This document shows, piece after piece, positions 24,442-32,000 of a stretch of DNA of 32,000 bases. Position 1 is the first letter of the stretch; every line of letters begins with the position of its first letter. The DNA lies in NCBI RefSeq assembly GCF_008189285.1, contig NZ_CP043315.1:240001-272000 (forward strand), given 5' to 3'. The notes beneath the pieces were generated by a model. The model saw nothing but the letters and a program-made list of their open reading frames with translations. It made no database searches and was not told the DNA's origin. A program made the translations under genes and the position numbers. The DNA comes from Candidatus Saccharimonadota bacterium. Its GTDB lineage: Bacteria; Pseudomonadota; Alphaproteobacteria; CAJXXZ01; 1604HC.

Positions 24442-26001
24442 TTAATTGCTTTCTTGATATAAAATTATAATACTTGTATCTTTGTCTTTTATATTTTTCA
24501 AACTTTGTTTAACTTTGTCATCTAAGTTGTTAGACATAATATTTAGCTCTTGCATATTTTTAAAATTTTTCATTTGAGATATTTTTTTTTCAATGCTTTG
24601 TATTTGATTTTCTTGCAAATAAAGCTTTATCAAACTACTTAATCCTGTAAATGATTTTAGTTTAATTGAAGTGATTTTATTTCCTGATAGATCAAGCTTT
24701 ATCAAACTACTCAATCCTGCAAATGCTCCTGGTTTAATTTCAGCGATTTTATTTCCTAATAGATTAAGCTCTGTCAAACTACTTAATCCTGCAAATACTC
24801 CCGGTTCAATTGAAGTGATTTGATTTTCTGGTAGAAAAAGCTCTGTCAAACTACTCAATCCTGCAAATACTCCCGGTTCAATTGAAGTGATTTGATTTTC
24901 TGGTAGAAAAAGCTCTGTCAAACTACTCAATCCTGCAAATGCTACTTTTTCAAGTGAAGTGATTTGATTCCATGATAGATCAAGCTTTGTCAAACTACTC
25001 AATCCTTCAAATACTCCTGGTTCAAGTGAAGCAATTTGATTGTCTGATAGATCAAGCTTTATCAAACTACTCAATCCTTCAAATGCCCCTGGTTCAAGTG
25101 AAGTGATTTTATTGCTTATCAGAAAAAGCTCTGTCAAACTACTCAATCCTTCAAATGCCCCTGGTTCAAGTGAAGTGATTTTATTTTTTGATAGATCAAG
25201 CGCTGTCAAACTTTTCAATTCTTCAAATGCTACTTTTGCGATCGAAATGATTTCATTGCTTTTAAGATTAAGCTCTTTCAACTTACCTAATCCTGCAAAT
25301 GCTCCTGATTCAAGTGAAGTGATTTGATTGCCTGATAGATCAAGCTTTGTCAAACTACTCAATCCTGCAAATGCCCCTGGTTTAATTTCAGTGATTTTAT
25401 TACACAATAGATAAAGCTTTGTCAAACTACTCAATCCTGCAAATACTCCTGGTTCAAGTGAAGTGATTTGATTGTCTGGTAGACTAAGCTCTGTCAAACT
25501 ACTCATACCTCTTTTCATTTTATCATCATGCATAGAAATATACTTCATGCCAAAGTATCCTTTTCTCATAGATATGCCATCATGATCTACGTATTCAAAA
25601 TTATTAACATCAATGTATTTTGCAAGATAGTATTTCAATGAATCAAATGGATAGCTTAATTTATAATCTTCATTTTCTACATAATATGGATTGCTTGGAT
25701 CAATTCTATAGAAAAAACCGTTTCCAATTAAGAAAGAAACAATAATATTCATAATGTCTTTATTGATATTATCTTTTAAGTACGATACTTCTTTACCTTT
25801 GCTTTTCGCTTTTAGATCAAACATAAAAGAAATAGCAAACTCTCTATTTCCCGATACAATTTCACGATCCTTATCATTCTCTTCTCTAACTTTTTGATAT
25901 ACTTCTATGTCTTCCTTCATCATATCAAGCATTACTTTATCTGGCGCTGCAACAATAGATTGCATGATTATAGTTGATAGCAATAATTTGTTTATATTCA
26001 T
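24442..26001 (-). CDS. LRR-family paralog F (13 LRR units plus cap)
   Basis: The ORF track starts at 26016 (MIECIM..). The family start MNINKLLLSTIIMQSIVAAPD is the ATG at 26001, preceded by the family box TGATAGAAT-gcata. Full head about 98% identical to C, thirteen units, cap NNLDDKVKQSL. Confidence 0.9.
   Translation of the reverse strand: MNINKLLLSTIIMQSIVAAPDKVMLDMMKEDIEVYQKVREENDKDREIVSGNREFAISFMFDLKAKSKGKEVSYLKDNINKDIMNIIVSFLIGNGFFYRIDPSNPYYVENEDYKLSYPFDSLKYYLAKYIDVNNFEYVDHDGISMRKGYFGMKYISMHDDKMKRGMSSLTELSLPDNQITSLEPGVFAGLSSLTKLYLLCNKITEIKPGAFAGLSSLTKLDLSGNQITSLESGAFAGLGKLKELNLKSNEIISIAKVAFEELKSLTALDLSKNKITSLEPGAFEGLSSLTELFLISNKITSLEPGAFEGLSSLIKLDLSDNQIASLEPGVFEGLSSLTKLDLSWNQITSLEKVAFAGLSSLTELFLPENQITSIEPGVFAGLSSLTELFLPENQITSIEPGVFAGLSSLTELNLLGNKIAEIKPGAFAGLSSLIKLDLSGNKITSIKLKSFTGLSSLIKLYLQENQIQSIEKKISQMKNFKNMQELNIMSNNLDDKVKQSLKNIKDKDTSIIILYQESN
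24767..24910. repeat. 72-bp tandem duplication (2 copies, 1 mismatch) inside paralog F
   Basis: 24767-24838 and 24839-24910 differ at one base (acttaatcc versus actcaatcc). They encode LTELFLPENQITSIEPGVFAGLSS twice. Confidence 0.9.
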
Positions 26002-26108
26002 TATGCATTCTATCATAACTTTATTAAGTTAGAAGAGAGATTAATTAATTGCGTTATCTGTCTAAATGCGTTTCAAATTGATTAAATTTACACTCCTTTA
26101 ATTATAAT

Positions 26109-26152
26109 TAATTTCCCAAAAATCCAATTTTAATTTCCCAAAAATCCAATTT
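26109..26152. repeat. perfect 22-bp tandem direct repeat (taatttcccaaaaatccaattt, 2 copies)
   Basis: Read directly. Lies in the PBP/paralog F intergenic region, 108-151 nt upstream of the paralog F ATG. Confidence 0.9.
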
Positions 26153-26240
26153 TATACTTTATCATGCTACGAAAATAATGATCATTATTCTAAGAATTCT
26201 AACTATATTTCAAAAGCTTAACTTTGTATTTCTTATTGAA

Positions 26241-28070
26241 TTAATTGTTTTTCTCTAAAAATCCAACTTTGTATTTTTTATTATCTTTGAAAAAATCATT
26301 CCACTCTTTTATTTCCTCTTCTGTTGGGTTTGTTTTCAATGCAAAATCTCTCCATGCCATGACGCTTGGATTTGGTCCAGGATTTAGTTTCATTGGTTTT
26401 AAATAATCATCATTTCCGCACCAAGTTCCTATTAGAAGGTTAGGGGTGAATCCCACAAACCAAAAATCTCGATATTCTTGAGACGATCCACTTTTTCCAG
26501 CAGCTGGGTACGAAAGTTTTATTCTTTTCCCCGTCCCTCTAGAAATGATTTGTTGCATAATAACTCCCATTTCTCTTGCTGTATCTTCTTCAACAACTTG
26601 ATCTGATGACTCTTGAGATGATTCAAATAATACTTCATCATTTTCTTTATTTATTATTTTTTTGATTCCATATAATTGAAAATACTTGCCTTTGTTTGGG
26701 ACAACTCCAAATGCTTTTACTAGCTCTAATAAACTTGCGCTTGAGCTGCCCAACGATACAGATAAATTATTAGGTATGTCATCTGATAGCTCTAATTCAT
26801 GAGCAAGATCTATAATATCATCAATACCTATATGATGAGCCAATCTAACTGTTATTCCATTTATAGATTTTATTAACCCTTCTTTCATTGGCAAAAACCC
26901 TGATTCTTTGTGATAGTAGTTGCTTGGAGCCCATCCATTAATATTTGGACATGAATCATCAACAAGAGTTTCTGGGTTAATTCCATTTCTCAACGCTGAA
27001 AGATAAACAAAAAACTTAAATGCAGATCCAGTTTGTCGCATTGCTTGTGTTGCTCTATTGAATCCACCGCTAGAATAACTGACTCCTCCTACCATAGATT
27101 TGATTGCACCATGATGATCAGAAGCGATCAGAGAAATATGCTCAACATTCCATTTTTGCTGATTTTTGCTATGTGTATCTAATATTGTTTTATATGCATG
27201 CTGCTGCATATTTATATCTATAGTTGTAATAATTTCTAGATTTGCTTTCATGTCTATAATCCAGCTTGGTATTTGATTTCCAACAATCCAGTCTGTAAAA
27301 TAATATATAGAACTATAATGTGTTTGATGCATTAAATGAGATTTATTTAGCAATGCAACTTCTTTTTGCTCATTAGTTATATATTCTTGCTCTACCATAT
27401 TCTTTAAAGCGCTGTTTATTCTTATATTTAATTTTTCTTGATCAGATGCATATCTTGAAGGGGCTTGAAGCAAACTAACTAAGCATGCGCATTCGAATAA
27501 AGTTGCATTTTTTACTGATTTTCCAAAATATTTCCAACAAGCAGCATTTATTCCATAAGTTCTACTGCCAAAGTAAACTCTATTTAGATAAAAATTAACA
27601 ATCTCTCTTTTTGTAAATTTTCTTTCCAATTTTAGCGCTAACATAGCTTCCCTTATTTTTCTTATATAGGATCTTTTTGGTATTTTCCCACTTTGATGAA
27701 GTAATAAGTTTTTTGCTAATTGTTGTGTGATTGTGCTTCCACCTTCAACAATTTTTTTAGATGATAAATTTTTAAAAAGCGCTCTAAAAATACTAAATAT
27801 ATCTATTCCAAAATGGTGAAAAAATCTCCTATCTTCTAAAGAAATCAATGCATTTATGAGATCTTGAGGCATTTCTTCCATCGAGATATCTTCATATTTA
27901 ATATCTCCATATGTTGCGATTAAATTTTCTTTTTCATCTTTAAAAATTATGTAAGGCTCTAGATTCATCTGAAAAACATTGTCCACATTAGGGAGAGTTA
28001 TATTAATCAATATAAGTGATATTGATGAAATAAAAAGTGTGTGTAATGTAATTTTCCAGATTAATTTCAT
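26241..28070 (-). CDS. mrcA: class A penicillin-binding protein (glycosyltransferase plus transpeptidase), short form
   Basis: 609-aa ORF. N-terminal membrane anchor; GT51 motifs EDRRFFHHFGID, GGSTITQQLAKN, RKIREAMLALKLE; transpeptidase motifs SAFK (SxxK), SIN (SxN), KSGSS (K[ST]G). Confidence 0.85.
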   Translation of the reverse strand: MKLIWKITLHTLFISSISLILINITLPNVDNVFQMNLEPYIIFKDEKENLIATYGDIKYEDISMEEMPQDLINALISLEDRRFFHHFGIDIFSIFRALFKNLSSKKIVEGGSTITQQLAKNLLLHQSGKIPKRSYIRKIREAMLALKLERKFTKREIVNFYLNRVYFGSRTYGINAACWKYFGKSVKNATLFECACLVSLLQAPSRYASDQEKLNIRINSALKNMVEQEYITNEQKEVALLNKSHLMHQTHYSSIYYFTDWIVGNQIPSWIIDMKANLEIITTIDINMQQHAYKTILDTHSKNQQKWNVEHISLIASDHHGAIKSMVGGVSYSSGGFNRATQAMRQTGSAFKFFVYLSALRNGINPETLVDDSCPNINGWAPSNYYHKESGFLPMKEGLIKSINGITVRLAHHIGIDDIIDLAHELELSDDIPNNLSVSLGSSSASLLELVKAFGVVPNKGKYFQLYGIKKIINKENDEVLFESSQESSDQVVEEDTAREMGVIMQQIISRGTGKRIKLSYPAAGKSGSSQEYRDFWFVGFTPNLLIGTWCGNDDYLKPMKLNPGPNPSVMAWRDFALKTNPTEEEIKEWNDFFKDNKKYKVGFLEKNN

Positions 28071-29923
28071 TGAGATCTACGTAAAACTTTAAGAATTGCT
28101 TTTTGAGAAACTACAACTTTTCCAGCCATAAATTCTTTCATTTTCTTCTTACCTTTCTTTTGTTTTTTCAGTAGCTTCATTTTTCTACTCACATCTCCAC
28201 CATAGCATTTTGCAGTAACATCTTTTCTAAGAGCTGACACTGTTTCTCTTGCTATGATTTTTCCACCAATAGCTGCCTGTATTGCAATTGGAAATAATTG
28301 TCTATCAAGGGATTCTTTAAGGGATTGGCAAACCCACCTTCCATAAGCTTCTGAATTTCCCTTAAATATCATACTTCCTATTGCTTCAACTGTTACTCCA
28401 TCAACTAATATACTCAAAGGAACTATGCTAGCTTCTTCATACTTATCATCTTCATATTCAAAGCTTCCATATCCTTTTGTAATGGATTTTAATTTATCAT
28501 GGAAGTTAAAAATAATATCTGACAAAGGGAACCTGTAGTTTAAAATACATCTTTTAGAATGCTCATTTAATCCCTCTAAATAATCTACCCCAATTTGCTT
28601 TCCTCTTTTTTCATCACATAGAGTCATCGTAGGGCCTGTATATTCTTCATTGATAATAATGCTAACTTTTACCCAAGGTTCCTCAATTTTTTCAATATAG
28701 TTTCTTTCAGGCATTTCAGAAGGGTGATTTACATAAATAACATCGCCATCAACTTTAGTGATTTTGTATCTCACAGAAGGGGCTGTCATAATTACATTTA
28801 AATCGAATTCATCTTCCAATCTTTGCTGTATGACTTCCAAATGAAGCAATCCCAAAAATCCACATCTAAATCCTGCTCCTAAACTAGGCATATTAGAATG
28901 TTCTATAACTAAACTTCCATCATGAAGCTTTAATTTTTCTAAAGATACTTGAAGAATTTTATAATCAGAGCTATCAACAGGATAAATACAACAAAATACA
29001 ACTGGCTTTACAGCTTGAAACCCTTCAAGAGGCTCAGTGATTAAGCTGCTTTTCTCTACAACTGTATCTCCAAGCATAACGTCAGACAATGTTCTAATGT
29101 TTGCAATTATGAATCCAACCATTCCAGCTTTTAAGACATCTAAATTTTTTCTTTTTGGAGTAAAGACACCAACATGATCTATGCTATAAGATGCGTCAGT
29201 ATGCATCATTCTAATATGCATTCCAGCTTTTAATTGTCCATCAATAATTTTTACTAATAGAACAACTCCAAGAAATTGATCGAACCATCCATCAACCAAT
29301 AAAGCTTTTAATTCTTTTTCTGAGTCTCCTAGTGGGTCAGGAACATTTGCTATAACCTTCTCAATAACTTTATCTACCCCTAATCCAGTTTTAGCAGAAA
29401 TCTGCAATGGAACTTCATCAATCCCTAAAACATCTCTTACTTGAGCGGTGGCTCCTTCAGGATCAGATGATGGTAAATCTACTTTATTTAAAACAGGGAT
29501 TAAAACTAAATCTTCCTCTATGGCTTTGTAGATATTAGCAATTGTTTGCGCTTGAACTCCTTGGCTAGCATCAACTAAAACAATAGCTCCTTCACATGCT
29601 TTAAGAGACCTTTTGACCTCATAACTGAAATCAACATGACCAGGAGTGTCAATAAGATTTAAGGTATACTGTTCACCATTTAATTTATATTGCAAAGAAA
29701 CAGCTTGCGCTTTTACTGTGATTCCTCTTTGTTTTTCAACGTCAAGAGAATCAAGTAATTGAGCTTTCATATCTCTCATCTCAATTCCACCACACACTTC
29801 AATCAATCTATCAGAAAGAGTTGATTTGCCATGATCTATATGCGCTATGATTGCAAAATTTCTAATGTTCTTAGATTTTTTTTGGTCATCTATAGTTTTA
29901 TTTGTTTCTAAATTATCATTCAT
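28067..29923 (-). CDS. lepA: translation elongation factor 4
   Basis: 618-aa ORF. IRNFAIIAHIDHGKSTLSDRL, DTPGHVDF, NKVDL, plus the LepA-specific C-terminal region. Shares an ATGA overlap with the PBP start. Confidence 0.95.
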   Translation of the reverse strand: MNDNLETNKTIDDQKKSKNIRNFAIIAHIDHGKSTLSDRLIEVCGGIEMRDMKAQLLDSLDVEKQRGITVKAQAVSLQYKLNGEQYTLNLIDTPGHVDFSYEVKRSLKACEGAIVLVDASQGVQAQTIANIYKAIEEDLVLIPVLNKVDLPSSDPEGATAQVRDVLGIDEVPLQISAKTGLGVDKVIEKVIANVPDPLGDSEKELKALLVDGWFDQFLGVVLLVKIIDGQLKAGMHIRMMHTDASYSIDHVGVFTPKRKNLDVLKAGMVGFIIANIRTLSDVMLGDTVVEKSSLITEPLEGFQAVKPVVFCCIYPVDSSDYKILQVSLEKLKLHDGSLVIEHSNMPSLGAGFRCGFLGLLHLEVIQQRLEDEFDLNVIMTAPSVRYKITKVDGDVIYVNHPSEMPERNYIEKIEEPWVKVSIIINEEYTGPTMTLCDEKRGKQIGVDYLEGLNEHSKRCILNYRFPLSDIIFNFHDKLKSITKGYGSFEYEDDKYEEASIVPLSILVDGVTVEAIGSMIFKGNSEAYGRWVCQSLKESLDRQLFPIAIQAAIGGKIIARETVSALRKDVTAKCYGGDVSRKMKLLKKQKKGKKKMKEFMAGKVVVSQKAILKVLRRSQ

Positions 29924-32000
29924 ATTTACATCCTAATTGCTCAAGAATTTTAATTAATTCAGAGCATTTCCCTTCTATTTCTTCAGAAGTTTTTGTTTGT
30001 TCAAGATTCTCCCAAATCATTCTAATTCCTACAGATTTATCTTTAGATAGAATTTTAGTTGGGTATATATCAAATATTTTAATTGTAATATTTTGATCAA
30101 ACTCGCTTTTAATTCTATTCATGATTGTTGATATTTCTACTTTCTGCGGAATGTTAAATGACAAATCCTTATAAATAACATTATGCATTGAAATTTCATT
30201 AATTGCATTATCTTTATTTTCACTGTTTAGTCTATGAGCTAAATCTAAGTTAATTTCAAATGCGAATGCTTTATGTTTAATTTTAAAATGCTTCATCATA
30301 TTTTTATCTACTTCAATCAATTTGCATATTGATTTGTCTTGAATAATCCATTCGCATCCATTATATAGATTTTTTTGTGAATCACATCTTACATTATTCA
30401 TTTTTAGGAAATTTTCCACTTCCAACTTACAATCAAAGAAGTCTTTTTCTTTTGATTTCCAGTCTTCTAATTTGTTAATCCAAACACACCCTAAAGAATT
30501 TGATTCATATTTTTTTGCATTCTTTGAAAATATTTTACCAATTTCAAAAATTCCATCGCATTGCCAGTTGTATCTTAAATATTTGCTAATCATATGTAAT
30601 AGCCCAGGAAGCAAGGAAGGGCGCATACTGTGTTGTTTTGATGTCATGGGATTATTTACATTAACTAATTCGTGATTAAATAGCTCAGAATCTTTTTTAT
30701 CCATAAATGAATTATTTAAAACTTCATAAAGGCCGCGTTGAGTCCAAAATTTCCTCATGTCAAAGTCATTATTATTGCTAAATGTTACTTTGCTAAATGG
30801 CAAATCCTTTGAAGGTATGTTGTTAATTCCATAATACCTAATTATTTCCTCTATTAAGCAATGAGGGTCTTTTATGTCATTTCTTCTCCATATAGGAGCA
30901 TCAACACTTATTTTATCATCATCATTTTGCATAATTTTAAATCCAAAATCTTGCAAAGCTTTGATTACATTGTTTTTGGCGTATTCATGACCTGAAATAT
31001 CCGATATTTGATCAAAATTCAAATGAATAATATGTTCATTTAATTGTTTGATGCATTTTATCCCTGAAATAAATTTATATCCCAAATATTTTTCTAATAG
31101 TTCAGATAAATAATTTACTGCGATTTCTAAATTTGAAGAATCTCCATAAGAATATTTTAAATTACTTTTTTCGCAATTAAACGATATTGCATAAATGTTG
31201 ATATTGTTTTTATTTTTACTGTTCTCATCTCTAGCATCGCTATTTTCATTGCCAATATTTATGTCATCTTTTATTTCTACCCTTAAATCAGAAATGTTTT
31301 TATCAGATTCATGAAAAATATCTATGGTATTTTTTGCCTCTAATTTAACCTCAGATTTAACCTCAGAAATATCTTTGTCAGATACATAAAAATTATATCC
31401 AAAAGCATAATGAACATAATTTACAATATTTTCCATTGCGCTATCTGTAATTTTAGCCCCAATCTCACTTAAGCGATTTAATATGAAAAATGGAGTTTTG
31501 TTTGATTGGTCATTTTTTGAATCTTTGTTTGTGTTTCTACTCATAGTGATTTGCGCATAATCAATATCTTGACTCGCATCAAAAGGAGTTTTTGATAAAT
31601 CTGAATCTTTCAACGAATTTTTGTTTTTATATAATTCAAATTTGGAATCTGAAGAATCTGCAAACCCTGCTGAAGTTTCTCTAGCAATTCCAGCAATATT
31701 TAAAACATCTTTTCTATTTGCTGTTACTTCTATGTCAAATAAATCTCCGTCATCAAATAAATCTCCCACAGAATCTTCAATATTTGCATATTCTGTTATA
31801 TCTAATATTCCATCAGAATCGCCATTATTTATATTTAATTCATCAGCAGAACAAAGCATTCCGCAGCTTTCAATTCCTCTTATTTTAGCTTTTTGAAGAA
31901 CGAAGTTATCTCTAGGAATTTTTGCTCCTATGCGCGCTAAAATAACTCTCATTCCTAAATATAAATTTGATGCGCCGCAAACAATTTCATATTTTTCATT
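29916..32000 (-). CDS. pheT: phenylalanyl-tRNA synthetase beta subunit (5' end beyond the window)
   Basis: The ORF is open to the window edge (..NEKYEIVCGASNLYLGMRVILARIGAKIP = tRNA-binding domain region). B3/4, B5 and C-terminal FDX-ACB-like regions follow. Overlaps the lepA start by 8 nt. Confidence 0.9.
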   Translation of the reverse strand, partial: NEKYEIVCGASNLYLGMRVILARIGAKIPRDNFVLQKAKIRGIESCGMLCSADELNINNGDSDGILDITEYANIEDSVGDLFDDGDLFDIEVTANRKDVLNIAGIARETSAGFADSSDSKFELYKNKNSLKDSDLSKTPFDASQDIDYAQITMSRNTNKDSKNDQSNKTPFFILNRLSEIGAKITDSAMENIVNYVHYAFGYNFYVSDKDISEVKSEVKLEAKNTIDIFHESDKNISDLRVEIKDDINIGNENSDARDENSKNKNNINIYAISFNCEKSNLKYSYGDSSNLEIAVNYLSELLEKYLGYKFISGIKCIKQLNEHIIHLNFDQISDISGHEYAKNNVIKALQDFGFKIMQNDDDKISVDAPIWRRNDIKDPHCLIEEIIRYYGINNIPSKDLPFSKVTFSNNNDFDMRKFWTQRGLYEVLNNSFMDKKDSELFNHELVNVNNPMTSKQHSMRPSLLPGLLHMISKYLRYNWQCDGIFEIGKIFSKNAKKYESNSLGCVWINKLEDWKSKEKDFFDCKLEVENFLKMNNVRCDSQKNLYNGCEWIIQDKSICKLIEVDKNMMKHFKIKHKAFAFEINLDLAHRLNSENKDNAINEISMHNVIYKDLSFNIPQKVEISTIMNRIKSEFDQNITIKIFDIYPTKILSKDKSVGIRMIWENLEQTKTSEEIEGKCSELIKILEQLGCKYE

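Noticed and set aside
24582-24590. A T9/A9 homopolymer inside paralog F as a possible phase-variation switch.
   Set aside because: Comparable A/T runs occur in housekeeping genes here (for example T8 at 29876-29883 in lepA and A7 in infB), so it is a compositional feature rather than family-specific.
26002-26016. An upstream ATG extending paralog F by MIECI.
   Set aside because: These 15 nt correspond to the conserved TGATAGAAT-gcata promoter/leader found upstream of every other paralog. The family start MNINK is at 26001.
1-32000. A mobile element, diversity-generating retroelement or site-specific recombinase that could drive the LRR variation.
   Set aside because: No ORF in the six-frame track resembles a transposase, integrase, invertase or reverse transcriptase, and I saw no terminal inverted repeats. 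The variation is better explained by homologous recombination or slippage. Such genes could still lie outside the window.

Overview
This window is very AT-rich (roughly 30% G+C by eye, not computed) and looks like a reduced-genome alphaproteobacterium, probably a Rickettsiales/Holosporales-like intracellular organism. Three things support that placement: a circularly permuted two-piece tmRNA gene, an alpha-type SspB, and a class I lysyl-tRNA synthetase. The core genes present are rpe, tsaB, leuS, sspB, ssrA, tRNA-Arg(ACG), tRNA-Leu(UAA), murG, aspS, infB, lysS (class I), a class A PBP, lepA and pheT (5' end off-window). They are not in their usual operon contexts. The dominant non-core content is a paralogous gene family: six large copies (A-F) plus at least three decayed relics, about 8.8 kb or roughly 27% of the window by summed coordinates. 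Each member has a Sec-type signal peptide, a conserved head of about 165 aa that I cannot assign to any named family, a variable array of 5-18 eukaryote-like 24-residue leucine-rich repeats, and a conserved C-terminal cap. Variation among LRR units is concentrated at the x positions of LxLxxN, the predicted concave face. The paralogs share long identical DNA tracts and carry near-perfect internal 72-bp and 144-bp tandem duplications. Two copies are frameshifted. One copy carried a fragment of the neighbouring tsaB gene with it when it duplicated. All copies keep a (TGn)TATAAT box exactly 5 nt upstream of the ATG. I read this as an actively recombining, diversifying family of exported LRR proteins, and it is the most likely novel system here. 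Other notable items are ssrA lying directly upstream of sspB, an IF-2 with a long Gly/Asn/Arg/Phe-repeat N-terminal region, a 1.09-kb ORF-free region, and an orphan Cys-containing secreted protein. All identities and alignments were done by eye. No searches were run.
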